From positions 1 to 64,000 of the IMG/VR virus record IMGVR_UViG_3300029822_000004: DNA of 64,000 nt. One strand, given 5' to 3'. This DNA is from a virus. The notes below the pieces were generated by a model that was given only the letters and a program-made list of their open reading frames with translations, was not told the DNA's origin and made no database searches. Shown one piece after another: positions 47,484 through 57,733 of the stretch. Position numbers and translations under genes: made by a program. How positions within the stretch are numbered: position 1 is the stretch's first letter; each line of letters begins with the position of its first letter.

Positions 47484-47635
47484 TGTAGTGTCCTCTTTAT
47501 TGCTTTTCTGTTTATGGCCTTACACACATCGCCTTTGTAGCACTTTTCGCCACAAAATATACAATAGCCCTTGCTTGATTCGATTACAATCAGCTCCCAG
47601 AAGGGACAGCCATCGCCGCAATTGACATCACGAGC
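47480..47635 (-). pseudogene. 3' part of a 56-aa Cys-rich gene interrupted by IS607 (5' part at 49571..49585)
   Basis: Joining the IS flanks restores an ORF coupled to both neighbours. Confidence 0.75.
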
Positions 47636-47726
47636 CGTAGTTTGTGTTGGTTACATTTGTTGATTTCATATAAAACTTTCAGCTTGTGTTTGTATTTATT
47701 AGTTTCAGGGATATATTATCTGTATT

Positions 47727-48281
47727 ATGAAACTATCTAAATGGGCAACTCAACAAGGTATCCATTACCAAACAGCTTGGCAATGGTACAAAGACGGGCG
47801 CATAGCAAACGCCTATCAAACATCCACCGGATCAATTTTTGTACCTGATCCGCATCCCTCTAAAGATGAGCGTGTGGTTGTGTACGCAAGGGTTAGTAAT
47901 CGGGAACGCAAAGAGTCCTTGCAGTCCCAGGCAGATCGATGCGTTACGTTTGCCAACGCCAATGGGCTGTCGGTGGATAAGGTCTATACCGAAATAGCAT
48001 CCGGTATGAATGATACCCGCCGAGAGCTTTGGCGTATGTTGGATAGTAAACCAACCGTGGTTATCGTAGAAAACCGTGACCGTCTTACTCGATTCGGCTT
48101 TGAGTATCTTAACCGGCTGTTGAAACAACAGGGGTGCACGGTGCTCGTACTGAACCAAAGCGAGACGGATACCCAGGATTTATTAAGAGATCTCACCAGT
48201 GTAATCTACTCCTTCTGCGCACGGCTGTATGGAAGACGCAGAGCAATGAACCGATTAAAAGACATCAAAAAATGCCTATAG
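47727..48281 (+). CDS. tnpA: IS607 serine transposase
   Basis: N-terminal MerR-like HTH, YARVS, EIASG, DRLTRFGF, ARLYGRR. Confidence 0.93.
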   Translation: MKLSKWATQQGIHYQTAWQWYKDGRIANAYQTSTGSIFVPDPHPSKDERVVVYARVSNRERKESLQSQADRCVTFANANGLSVDKVYTEIASGMNDTRRELWRMLDSKPTVVIVENRDRLTRFGFEYLNRLLKQQGCTVLVLNQSETDTQDLLRDLTSVIYSFCARLYGRRRAMNRLKDIKKCL

Positions 48282-49543
48282 TCCGCACATCACCGGTACT
48301 GCTGTCCAAAGCCAATGAAGGCAAACTGGATATATTGCACGGATTCCTTGAAGAGTACCGTAGAGTAGTCCAGTGCACTATTGACCATGCCTGGGATAAT
48401 CGGCTGATTTTTGGCGAGCGCGTTTTAGACATTCAAAACGACCGCTTGGAGCTTCCCTCCTTTCTCCCCGTTGCCTGCTTACCAGAAATGGACACTCCTT
48501 TATCTGGGCGGGCGATTAAATGCGCTACCACACAGGCAATGTCTATGCTTAAGGCTGCTTTGAAGCGACGGGTAAAGGACATTGCCTGGCTCTCCAAGCT
48601 TGATGGTACTCCTGCGCCAAGGATTCTTATGCAACGGCTGAGCAGGCCGCTAGTAAAGCCGTCAGCTGCCGGTGTGTCGGCAGAGCTTAACTCCATTTGC
48701 GCTAAACTTGTCTGGACATCTGAAACCTCCTTTGATGGGTGGCTCGTGCTTTCATCGTTGGGGAAACCGTTTGGTAAGCTGCATCTGCCCGTCAACAGGC
48801 ACCGGCATCTTAACAGGCTTGCTGTCGGCACACAACTGGCCAGTTTGCTTATTAGCGAAACACGGGCGGATGTGCGTTTTGCCATGGAATCAAAAACAAA
48901 AAGTTCTTTGGCGGTTCGTGTGGTAGGGGCGGACACCGGACTCAAAACCGTCCTCTCCTTATCTGACGGTCAGACGACCCCTGAGATCGATTGCCACGGA
49001 CATTCGTTACAGAGTATATGCCACGAACTAGCCAGAAAGAAAAAAGGATCCAAGGCGTTTGGCCAGGCTCAGGATCACCGCAAGAACTTTATCAACTGGT
49101 CCCTTAACAGGCTCAATCTCTCCACCATTACAGAGATTCGTCTGGAGAGGGTTAAACACATTAACTATGGACGTAGATCTTCCAGGTTTATGCAAGCCTG
49201 GACAAATGCAGACATCCAGCGCAAGGTGCTAATGATGGCAGAAGATCAGAATGTTTCTGTGAAACTCCAGTCAAGTGCCTACCGTAGTCAGCGCTGTTCG
49301 TGCTGCGGAATGGTAAGGAAAGCAAACAGGAAGGGGAAAGTCTATTCATGCAAGGGATGTGGATTCGTCTGTGATGCAGATTTGAATGCCGCACGCAACC
49401 ATGAACAAGATCTTCCCCCCATCCCTGATGCTTTCTTTAGGACGGGTAAGAACACTGGCAAAGGTTTCTACTGGAAATCTACTGGCTGCTCTTTATCGAC
49501 CGGGGTGGAGTTTGCAGTCCCATCTTCCAACTGTCAAGCCTGA
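48272..49543 (+). CDS. tnpB: TnpB RNA-guided nuclease
   Basis: RuvC GADTG, LE, DADLNAARN; Zn ribbon CSCC/CKGC. Confidence 0.9.
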   Translation: MPIVRTSPVLLSKANEGKLDILHGFLEEYRRVVQCTIDHAWDNRLIFGERVLDIQNDRLELPSFLPVACLPEMDTPLSGRAIKCATTQAMSMLKAALKRRVKDIAWLSKLDGTPAPRILMQRLSRPLVKPSAAGVSAELNSICAKLVWTSETSFDGWLVLSSLGKPFGKLHLPVNRHRHLNRLAVGTQLASLLISETRADVRFAMESKTKSSLAVRVVGADTGLKTVLSLSDGQTTPEIDCHGHSLQSICHELARKKKGSKAFGQAQDHRKNFINWSLNRLNLSTITEIRLERVKHINYGRRSSRFMQAWTNADIQRKVLMMAEDQNVSVKLQSSAYRSQRCSCCGMVRKANRKGKVYSCKGCGFVCDADLNAARNHEQDLPPIPDAFFRTGKNTGKGFYWKSTGCSLSTGVEFAVPSSNCQA

Positions 49544-49585
49544 CTTATATTTACTGAGTCAATAGGCAACTGTCATTGTCTTCAT

Positions 49586-50032
49586 TCATAGTCTGCACCT
49601 TTCTAGTATGTCGTTGGCATCTACATTGAGGATGCCTATCAGCAGCTCCTTGGTCGCCATGAAATCGGGATGGTCGCTCGATAGGTCTTGCGCCAAATCG
49701 AAAGCACGCCACTTGCCATACTGGGTCAATGTCGTCTCAAAGGTGTCCCACATACCCAAAGCAGTAAGCTCTTCATATAGACGGAGCTTGCTGTACCGCT
49801 GCGGCGGCGGGTTGTCATCGATGACCCATTGGCCCTGCGGTACGCTCACGCCGTCCACAAGCGCAAACGGCGGCGTGCTCGCTTGCCACACCATGCCTGC
49901 TGATGGTGCTGGAGGCTGCTGCGCTACGCGGTGGTAGCCCTGCGCGTTGAGCCATGCGTCCGATGGGTGATTGCCTGCGCCGGGTGGGATGCCTGGGCGC
50001 TGATAGGTGTTGTCGTGGTAGAGGTGGTACAT
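49586..50032 (-). CDS. Hypothetical tail-associated protein
   Basis: Context downstream of fibre genes. Confidence 0.55.
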   Translation of the reverse strand: MYHLYHDNTYQRPGIPPGAGNHPSDAWLNAQGYHRVAQQPPAPSAGMVWQASTPPFALVDGVSVPQGQWVIDDNPPPQRYSKLRLYEELTALGMWDTFETTLTQYGKWRAFDLAQDLSSDHPDFMATKELLIGILNVDANDILERCRL

Positions 50033-50040
50033 GGTGGCTC

Positions 50041-50793
50041 CTAGTTTGTGCTGACGGTAGCCCACTTGTTAAATCCGACGCCTAGCGAGTCATTGAGCAG
50101 CTCGTAGGCGATTTCTCGGCCTGGCGTGGATGATGATACTGGTGGCGATTGGCAGGGCTGGAACGTGCCAGATGGGGCGGCGGTGCCTGTACCGGAAATG
50201 TTGATCGTGCCGTTGGTACGTGTGCGAGGGGCGATGGACGCCAAATAAAGACCACGCAGGATACTATCTATTTGAGCCTGCCCCAGCGAGCATCCCACCA
50301 GCGTTAAGGTATACAGCCCCGTATATCCAGAGAGCGATTCTTGCGTGATGGTAAAAACGGCCAGAGGAATGTTGTTGATTTGGATGTTAGTGGGTCGCCA
50401 ACCGGAAAGGTCTGATAAGTCGATGGTTGCGGCTGCGGTTGGTGCGCTGATAAGATTTAGTGTGGCAATGTTGACCATCGGTGCGAGGTTTTTGCTGTCC
50501 AGCACTAGCGCCGCGCCGTTGTCGCGTAGGTCTAAGTAGGTCACGTTACCCGGCTGCATTATTTTGATAGTGTAGGTTCCTGCGGCGATATATTTGCGCG
50601 ATCTTGAGCCGCTGCCTGTGGTCTCCTGCTGATAGCCGTCGCCCCAATCTAGCGTGGTAGCCGCCGAGACGGTAAGCCCATGTATTGTATGTGTCTGCCC
50701 AGCCGCGACCGTGACCTGATAGCTGGCTACGTTTTCACGCTGGCTCAATAGGTGCGCCATCATGCGTTGTGTATCTGCGTGCGTTACTCTCAT
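50041..50793 (-). CDS. PKD/LRR-like tail accessory protein
   Basis: DWGDG..Y..AGTYTI and LxxLxL repeats. Confidence 0.6.
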   Translation of the reverse strand: MRVTHADTQRMMAHLLSQRENVASYQVTVAAGQTHTIHGLTVSAATTLDWGDGYQQETTGSGSRSRKYIAAGTYTIKIMQPGNVTYLDLRDNGAALVLDSKNLAPMVNIATLNLISAPTAAATIDLSDLSGWRPTNIQINNIPLAVFTITQESLSGYTGLYTLTLVGCSLGQAQIDSILRGLYLASIAPRTRTNGTINISGTGTAAPSGTFQPCQSPPVSSSTPGREIAYELLNDSLGVGFNKWATVSTN

Positions 50794-51761
50794 GCCAGCC
50801 CTCCAGCACTCACGACCAGATAGGTGCCGTCATCCTCTATCAGCGCCTTGGATAGTGCCGTAGCCACCCCATCCCAAGCGCCCTCAGCCAGCAACTTGCT
50901 CGTGCGGCCAGTCATCGATGGTTGCGCAACGGCCAGAGTCCCCACATTGGTCAGCGTGATTGAGCACAGGCCTGGACGCGTGAAGGCCACCGTGAAGCTG
51001 GTAATCTCGACATTGACGGTGGCGGTGTAGGCTGCGCCGGGGATCAGTGCGAGGGTAGGCGTTGCTCCAAGGTTGCCAAGCGCGTAGGCCGCCTCGTAGC
51101 TGATGCACGTCCAGCCAACGCCATCGTGCATGTATACTCCTGGTGCGGCCTTTGCGGCGTCGTCTGCGGCGGTGAGGCGGATCATCTGGCCAGCAACAGT
51201 CACAGTCGGCAGAGTCGCTACTTCCTTGATTGGGCCGTGTAACTTATCATCTTCGTCACTCAGTTCATTCAAATCAGAAGGTACTACGATTGTGGCAAGG
51301 GCTGCTGCAATGGCTGCGTCGGTCTGCGCTGCTGTATAAAAGGCCGCTATTGGCGTGGGTATGGTGCTGCTGCCATCTGGTATAATGTTGCAGAGCGTCA
51401 CCCAGAAACTCACTGTAAGCGCGGCGGTGGTCTGTCCTGCCTTGAAGCCCCGTAATTGCGCCACGGCATTTCTTTTCATCCGTGAGCCGAGGTAATCAGC
51501 CACTTCCTCGGTGTTGGTAATAAGGTCGAAGCTGACTGTCTTGTTGTTGACCGTAAAGCCAGAATCAACAAACAGCATTGGCGTAGTGTCTTGGCTATGA
51601 TTTTCTGCAACGGTGAATGTCCACGTCGTAATGCCGGTAAAATCAGCATCATCAGACACTATTGCAAGAGCCATGGGTAAATTGGCCATCCGAGGCAGTT
51701 GCGGTATGGATTGCGTACCTGCTTCGACCTTCATTGGCAACTGTGTGAGGGTGATGTTCAT
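50790..51761 (-). CDS. Putative tail fibre/baseplate-attachment protein
   Basis: YTAAQTDAAI linker; structural context. Confidence 0.5.
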   Translation of the reverse strand: MNITLTQLPMKVEAGTQSIPQLPRMANLPMALAIVSDDADFTGITTWTFTVAENHSQDTTPMLFVDSGFTVNNKTVSFDLITNTEEVADYLGSRMKRNAVAQLRGFKAGQTTAALTVSFWVTLCNIIPDGSSTIPTPIAAFYTAAQTDAAIAAALATIVVPSDLNELSDEDDKLHGPIKEVATLPTVTVAGQMIRLTAADDAAKAAPGVYMHDGVGWTCISYEAAYALGNLGATPTLALIPGAAYTATVNVEITSFTVAFTRPGLCSITLTNVGTLAVAQPSMTGRTSKLLAEGAWDGVATALSKALIEDDGTYLVVSAGGLA

Positions 51762-51776
51762 ATCATTTCACCATAG

Positions 51777-52949
51777 CTATATAACCAAAAACGCAATAGA
51801 TAAATCATAGCCAGCAAAACATCTAGTAAATGTCGTTCCGGTGTTTATTGTCTTGAATATGTATGAGCCATCGTCATCAATCCCAGTGCCTAGCCCACCA
51901 TACGAGTTGCTACCACACCCAAGGAGAGCGCCTGTAGATTTTACTGCCAGACTGTGCGCATTTCCTGCCGCAATGTCCACCCAGTCCGTATCTGTGCCTA
52001 CTTTAGTCGGAGATAATATGTCAGTACCTCCAGTGGAACCATTCCCAAGCGCCCCGTAGCCGTCGCTGCCCCACGTATATAGCTCACCTGTTGTTTTAAG
52101 TGCAATTACATGGTCGTAGCCAGTAGATATCTTAAGCCAGTCGGTGTCGTTTCCTATTTTAATAGGTGAGTTTTGTTGTGTAGTACTCCCTATGCCTAGT
52201 TTTCCATACGTATTATCACCAAAAGAGTATAGTTCTCCATTGGCGTTTTTTGCTACTGTGAACAGTGTCCCACACCATACGTCAGTCCAGTTTGATTCCG
52301 TGCCCAGCTGCACAGGTGATGGCCTATTATCAGTATCTCCAAGCCCTAGCTGCCCACTTGAGTTATTTCCCCACACCCACATTTCGCCTAGGCTGTTGAT
52401 TGCGGCACTGTGCGTTGCTTCCGCTGGTGCCGTTGATGCTGTTATCCAGTTCGATGCAATGCCTAACTGTGTAGGCGAGAGCCTGTTGTCAGTATCTCCA
52501 AGCCCCAGCTGCCCGCTTGAGTTATATCCCCACACAAGCAATCTACCAGCAGTATCTACCCCAACACTGTTATTCCACCCACAGGAGATCTTTCTGAATG
52601 TAATGTTTGGTATTAGTGTGGGTGTGTACTTATCTTCCGTCGAGCCGTTGCCCAATTCGCCGTTATAGCCATTGCCACAGCCGTATGCATACCTGGACTT
52701 GTTAAGTAGGATGGTATGGGTAAGCCCGACTGCACAGTCTGCCCAATCCTCTCCAAGTACATTAGTCCAGTCAAAATAATATCCACCAAACCCAATACCA
52801 GACTGTCCATCTGTATCATGCCCAGTAGCTTTGGCATTGTATCCAACAAGCGGAATCTCTTGTATATGACGTAGCCCAGCATCGGATAGCTTTCTGTATC
52901 TGACAAGAGTACCCCTGTTGGTTCTTTTAGTTGTTCTGTATACTGCCAT
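51777..52949 (-). CDS. RCC1-repeat beta-propeller protein (probable receptor-binding protein)
   Basis: ~6 WGxNxxGQLGxG repeats. Confidence 0.9.
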   Translation of the reverse strand: MAVYRTTKRTNRGTLVRYRKLSDAGLRHIQEIPLVGYNAKATGHDTDGQSGIGFGGYYFDWTNVLGEDWADCAVGLTHTILLNKSRYAYGCGNGYNGELGNGSTEDKYTPTLIPNITFRKISCGWNNSVGVDTAGRLLVWGYNSSGQLGLGDTDNRLSPTQLGIASNWITASTAPAEATHSAAINSLGEMWVWGNNSSGQLGLGDTDNRPSPVQLGTESNWTDVWCGTLFTVAKNANGELYSFGDNTYGKLGIGSTTQQNSPIKIGNDTDWLKISTGYDHVIALKTTGELYTWGSDGYGALGNGSTGGTDILSPTKVGTDTDWVDIAAGNAHSLAVKSTGALLGCGSNSYGGLGTGIDDDGSYIFKTINTGTTFTRCFAGYDLSIAFLVI

Positions 52950-52950
52950 G

Positions 52951-53253
52951 TTATATCTCTACAAGGGACGCAGACACCATGACACTCATTCCGCTAGCGT
53001 CTGCTTTTGCTGTAAGTTTGTATCCTGTTGTTAAAAATATCTTACTGTCTATAAAAACAGTGTCATCTGCTTCTATTGCTAGTTTTGTTGCCCACGCGTC
53101 ATAACTGCCATCATTGACGGTGAGCACAAGAGCGCCGCCGGAAGAGCCACCAGATGCGGAGATATTGATGATTGCCAGCTCATTTCCAGCAGGAACCTCA
53201 ACAAGCTCTTGCGGTGTGTTAGCTACTGTAACGCAGTTGTAGTTCTTTAACAT
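52951..53253 (-). CDS. Small beta-rich virion protein
   Basis: Structural context. Confidence 0.55.
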   Translation of the reverse strand: MLKNYNCVTVANTPQELVEVPAGNELAIINISASGGSSGGALVLTVNDGSYDAWATKLAIEADDTVFIDSKIFLTTGYKLTAKADASGMSVMVSASLVEI

Positions 53254-53262
53254 AGTAATCCT

Positions 53263-54258
53263 TTAGCCAAAAATTAGAGCCTGCATTTGTGCCATCTTTA
53301 ATGTGGTTGCGTTTGTTGTGCTATCTAACGTATGCGCCACAACATCGCCAGACGAGTCAACGATAAGCACTTTCCCAGCATCCGCGCTGGTAATGTTTGG
53401 TAGAGTTAGGTCTAAAGTCTTGACATTCCAATTTCCTTCCTCATCTACTGTAAGAACTTTCCCTGCGTCTTCAGCAGCCACAGATGGTAATCCAGCACCG
53501 TCAAGGCCCGGTGGCCCATAGGGAACGGCTTTTGGCAACGACCACGGCATATCAAGACCAGCTAGACGCATCTTGAAATACGTGTCGGTCGGCGTAATGA
53601 GTTCCGTGTGCCAGCCATCGCCACTGTCAGAGCTATCAAACAGAAACTCAAATCTGTTGTTAAGTGCGCTTTTGACTTGTGATACGACTTCAGTACCCGG
53701 ATTTGGCGTATATTGAGCACTAGACCAATCGCGGATGGTATTGCAACCAGTAAAGTTCAGCCAAGCGATTGTACTAGGATTCGCAATGCCCGATGTGTAC
53801 TGCTTGACGTTGATGTACAGGCCGCTATAGATACGGTCATAGTCGCCCATTACGGTGGAAAACTTGACCGTATCGTTGTTTACCCGTACTGATAGTTGTC
53901 CGAGAGTGATGTCAGCCGTAGTGCCATCAATCCAATCACCCTCAATTTGCATCATGTTGGAGTTGTGGTCGGATTCATCAAAGGGCACGGACGACTGCAA
54001 CGACTTCAGCATCAAGTTGTCATCGTCCTCAAAGTTGTCATCAGCAACAAGCAGATAAGAATGACCAGCACCAAAGGACACAGGCGATATAGTAACGATT
54101 CCTGCATCGTCCTCATCCACGCTGACAAACTCAATACACAGCACTTGCCATTGTCCGCGCTCAAGCTCAGGATATAGTGCAGTTCTGTCTACCGGCTGGC
54201 CATTGGGTTGAACATGGCGGCGGGTCTTTACATCGATGTATATGTGTGTTTTTTGCAT
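53263..54258 (-). CDS. Putative tail fibre/BppU-like protein
   Basis: LP.V...DAGKVL.VD repeats x2, short GPPG. Confidence 0.55.
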   Translation of the reverse strand: MQKTHIYIDVKTRRHVQPNGQPVDRTALYPELERGQWQVLCIEFVSVDEDDAGIVTISPVSFGAGHSYLLVADDNFEDDDNLMLKSLQSSVPFDESDHNSNMMQIEGDWIDGTTADITLGQLSVRVNNDTVKFSTVMGDYDRIYSGLYINVKQYTSGIANPSTIAWLNFTGCNTIRDWSSAQYTPNPGTEVVSQVKSALNNRFEFLFDSSDSGDGWHTELITPTDTYFKMRLAGLDMPWSLPKAVPYGPPGLDGAGLPSVAAEDAGKVLTVDEEGNWNVKTLDLTLPNITSADAGKVLIVDSSGDVVAHTLDSTTNATTLKMAQMQALIFG

Positions 54259-54285
54259 TCATTTATCCTTAAGTTACCACGTAAT

Positions 54286-54313
54286 AATATACAACGAATA
54301 CGGCTATTGTAAA
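54286..54313 (-). promoter_or_regulatory. Possible internal promoter TTTACA-N16-TATATT
   Basis: Same 16-bp spacing; intergenic. Confidence 0.4.
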
Positions 54314-54319
54314 GGGGTG

Positions 54320-55264
54320 CTAGTCTGGTATATCGACACGCACGCTTGCATAGAAGTTAAAAACGACCTTACGCAAGATTGAAATATAATCAGAAGTCCA
54401 TTTAAGCCAACGCTCGTCTTCAGCCCCCAGTGTTTCTATTATATGTACATCGTAGTTATCATTAATCCATGATTTTAGCCCCTCAACAAGGGTAGAGACT
54501 GTAGCATATGTCATTGACCCAGAGTCATCAATAAAGATTCCAACATTAAAATATCTATCCTTTATCTCTGGATACTGGTTTCTTAATTCAACAAATGCCG
54601 ATTTAAGGGAATCTAAATCAGCACTGTAGTTTTCTCCGTATCTAGCACAGGTGTACTGCAACACATTTGGAGGTACAGTACCGATATTACTTCCGAAGTT
54701 CCCCTCCTCTACGTGGAATAGCGCCACGTTGTCTTTAACATTTTCATCAAATTCAGCCCTATCTGATGCATAAGGTTCTGGCGTGGCTACATACACAGGA
54801 TCTGCCTCATCAATGAAAACAAACGGCAACACAATTCTTTCCATCTCAAGCAGATTTACAAATTTGTAACTCTGCCATAGCCACCGGGCATCAAGAAAAT
54901 ATGGATTTGTAGCGTATTCTTCGGTGTCGCCTATTGCAATGAGTGCATTTTGTAGTGTCCATATTGGTTTATCAGGTTTTCTTATGTCGTGGTATTGTGT
55001 GAATAGCCATCTAATTGTATTGTGTATAGTTACTTCCATTTTCTTATAGTCTTCATTTGGTGTGAATCCATACAGTATTTTACTCACATCCTCCGGTATA
55101 TAAGATTCCGCAGTATCATATATTGCAAACACTCGCTCTCTTGTAGCCTCCCATAGTGCCCAACCATGTCGTATGGGGTATGCCAGAACAGGAACACCAT
55201 CCCATGTCGCACTATTTGAAGTCCATACTGTCGGCTTTTCTATGATTGAATTCTGTGTTTGCAT
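54320..55264 (-). CDS. Tail-region protein with a vWA-like MIDAS motif
   Basis: IFIDDSGSM in the C-terminal part. Confidence 0.55.
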   Translation of the reverse strand: MQTQNSIIEKPTVWTSNSATWDGVPVLAYPIRHGWALWEATRERVFAIYDTAESYIPEDVSKILYGFTPNEDYKKMEVTIHNTIRWLFTQYHDIRKPDKPIWTLQNALIAIGDTEEYATNPYFLDARWLWQSYKFVNLLEMERIVLPFVFIDEADPVYVATPEPYASDRAEFDENVKDNVALFHVEEGNFGSNIGTVPPNVLQYTCARYGENYSADLDSLKSAFVELRNQYPEIKDRYFNVGIFIDDSGSMTYATVSTLVEGLKSWINDNYDVHIIETLGAEDERWLKWTSDYISILRKVVFNFYASVRVDIPD

Positions 55265-55854
55265 TATGAATATCTATTATTGTATAAAACACCGTCGTTA
55301 TATATCTGTTTTATGCTAGATATCTTTCCACCTTCAACCGCAACATAGCCAATAATGGCCACAAAAGATGAAGATGTTAGTGCTGGTATAGCAGGTGATA
55401 GTGATAACCATATAGTCCAATATGCTGGGGTTTCTCCAGTCAGGGGTGTGTATGTCGCATTAAAGAGTACATAACTTGATGTGGTTACAGGTAGAAGCGC
55501 CTCATTTGCATACACCGCATCAATTCCAGATACAAATAACCCACACCTCCCATTACCTAGCGTTTCAGTACCATCAACTACCTTAATCTGTAGGCCAGCC
55601 TCCTCTGTACTTGCATCTATAATATGAAAAAACCCGTGGTATCCCTCAGCCGCGCTACTCTCTCCACCCTCATCAACAGTAAAACCTTCACCGCCACCCA
55701 TCTTCCCAGTATAGTACGCCCTCATACCATTCTGATCTTTTTCCCAATGGATGGACGCAGTGTCGATGGGCTGTACCGATTGCAACTCTTGACGGATTGC
55801 AGTCAGAATATCAGTAAGACTAGACCATGCACCAGTTCGTAACCACTTTAGCAT
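55264..55854 (-). CDS. Putative tail protein
   Basis: Coupled to neighbours in the tail module. Confidence 0.55.
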   Translation of the reverse strand: MLKWLRTGAWSSLTDILTAIRQELQSVQPIDTASIHWEKDQNGMRAYYTGKMGGGEGFTVDEGGESSAAEGYHGFFHIIDASTEEAGLQIKVVDGTETLGNGRCGLFVSGIDAVYANEALLPVTTSSYVLFNATYTPLTGETPAYWTIWLSLSPAIPALTSSSFVAIIGYVAVEGGKISSIKQIYNDGVLYNNRYS

Positions 55855-57731
55855 TATTTGTGCTCCACCCAAGAACCATCGTCATACACACTAGACCAAT
55901 AGCCATATCTGAGGGCTATGATGGTACAAGTTACGGCAGTCCATGTTTTGCCACGGTTGTCTTTTGTTTCCGAAGTCGATATGCCCGCGCCCTTGTAACT
56001 CGTAAAGCGGCTATTCTTAATCTTGGCACAGGCGGCTTTGTAATAGTTGCTGAATGATTTGGCCAAGACGGTCTGGGCGGTACCAAGATAATTCAATGTC
56101 ACTTGGAATGACATATAAGGTACGCCGTATTTGATGAACTTTTTTTCAAATGGCGCATCATAGGGCGTGCCGCTTACTTTTGGATAGTTTGACAATGATG
56201 CTCTTGTTGGATAGATTGGCGCAGACTCGGATGCCTTCCATTCCTTGAAAACACGCTGGATCGCTGTGTCATTCTTATTCTTCTCGTTTGGTTGCGCATA
56301 GACATAATCCATAAGGTGCAAAGAGACAACCTTACTTAGAGGCAGCGCATTCCAGTATTTATATGGTAGCCACTTTTGCTCATCGCTATCAAGGCCCACA
56401 ACAACAGAATACCCTATCCTTCGTGACAATATAGCAGATGCCACAGCAGAGCTAGACCAGCCATTATCCATTAGCTGATTTGTGTCCATCGTATATGTAA
56501 ATGTGGTCTTTGGAGGGTCATTGATCTTAATATAGTCCACACCAGAAACAGCCGGCATCCATCCAATATGCTCAGGCTCAAGAATGAATTTACCATCCGA
56601 TGAGCTGATAGAGCAATAAGCCTTCATGATGGATTGAGAACCACCAGTAGGCCCCCACGAACCAGTATTGTCATCAACTAGGCGCAATATCACTTCCCAC
56701 TCATTGACGCCCACTTGCCTGCGATTAACACTTTTGATGGTGTAGCCGCTATAGCCATACGCCGATGCCTCTTTACCATTATCAGCCAAGAAGTCATCTT
56801 TGTACTGCGCGGTGGTCTGGTATGTCAACGTCACTTCACGGATGTCACCATAAGCCTGATCTTCATAATTGACATCGGCCTTCACAAACACTTTTGATAC
56901 ATGCTTGGCTGTAATCTCAAGATTGTAACCAAGAACACCGATGTTGTTAGCCTCTACACCAGTGACAATGTACCCAGAAGCGCCAGTAAGACCCAACCAC
57001 GACGTAGCATCAGAACCAATGGCAGGCTTGACGTATCCACTTGATTCATATGTGGCTTTGCTTACTCGCCATGTGGTCTTTGCCGTCTTTTGGTTATAGC
57101 TGTCGGTTGAGTAAGAAGGAATGCCCATCTGTTTGGTGGTCATGTCCTTAAGCGTAAAACTCAATAGGTAGCTCGTCAAAGACTCAGCAGTATAGGACGA
57201 CGACTCAATGAGGTAAGATGTGCCCAGTTGCGTAAGGTAATCGCCACTATTCATGAAGTGCGTATCGATGCCATCATAGTCGGGCAAACCAGCGGAATCC
57301 AAAGGTACTTGCACTCGATAGCTGAGGGTCTTGGTGCGCTGATTCACGTCATCAATGCTGGCAGATGCGTTACCTATGGCCTTTATCACCGAGTTGTTTT
57401 GTAGATTGGTGTAAGTGACCTCGCAGTGCGTCCTGTTTACTGAGTTGACAGATACATTACCAACAAGGAACTCCGTGCTTTCTGTAAAGGCCGTGCATTG
57501 ACCTTGACCACCAGCACCAGAATTTACAGTGGGCTTCTTCCACTTGTCACCAACACCGCCAGCCCATGCAAGTACATCATCTTGAAACGCCAACCACCTG
57601 AACGCCGTGTTGTCCTGCGTGTTGTCATAACATATCCACGTGGTCACACACTCAAGCGTGCCGTCATTTGCCAGTGAGTATACAGGCGTGCCCTTCAGCA
57701 CATACGATACTTTTGTTGAATCACCCGCCAT
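55854..57731 (-). CDS. Putative tail tip/hub protein
   Basis: 625 aa, beta-rich, directly after the tape measure gene. Confidence 0.55.
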   Translation of the reverse strand: MAGDSTKVSYVLKGTPVYSLANDGTLECVTTWICYDNTQDNTAFRWLAFQDDVLAWAGGVGDKWKKPTVNSGAGGQGQCTAFTESTEFLVGNVSVNSVNRTHCEVTYTNLQNNSVIKAIGNASASIDDVNQRTKTLSYRVQVPLDSAGLPDYDGIDTHFMNSGDYLTQLGTSYLIESSSYTAESLTSYLLSFTLKDMTTKQMGIPSYSTDSYNQKTAKTTWRVSKATYESSGYVKPAIGSDATSWLGLTGASGYIVTGVEANNIGVLGYNLEITAKHVSKVFVKADVNYEDQAYGDIREVTLTYQTTAQYKDDFLADNGKEASAYGYSGYTIKSVNRRQVGVNEWEVILRLVDDNTGSWGPTGGSQSIMKAYCSISSSDGKFILEPEHIGWMPAVSGVDYIKINDPPKTTFTYTMDTNQLMDNGWSSSAVASAILSRRIGYSVVVGLDSDEQKWLPYKYWNALPLSKVVSLHLMDYVYAQPNEKNKNDTAIQRVFKEWKASESAPIYPTRASLSNYPKVSGTPYDAPFEKKFIKYGVPYMSFQVTLNYLGTAQTVLAKSFSNYYKAACAKIKNSRFTSYKGAGISTSETKDNRGKTWTAVTCTIIALRYGYWSSVYDDGSWVEHK

Positions 57732-57733
57732 TG

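Larger units (their letters stand above)
47636..49570 (+). mobile_element. IS607-family element (serine recombinase TnpA plus TnpB)
   Basis: tnpA-tnpB overlap; ends inferred from ORF restoration, no target-site duplication. Confidence 0.85.

Noticed and set aside
47490-47635. Apparent non-coding periodic DNA left of IS607
   Set aside because: Explained as the 3' part of the IS-disrupted gene
49586-55264. Diversity-generating retroelement on tail fibres
   Set aside because: No reverse transcriptase and no adenine-specific TR/VR pair seen in the window
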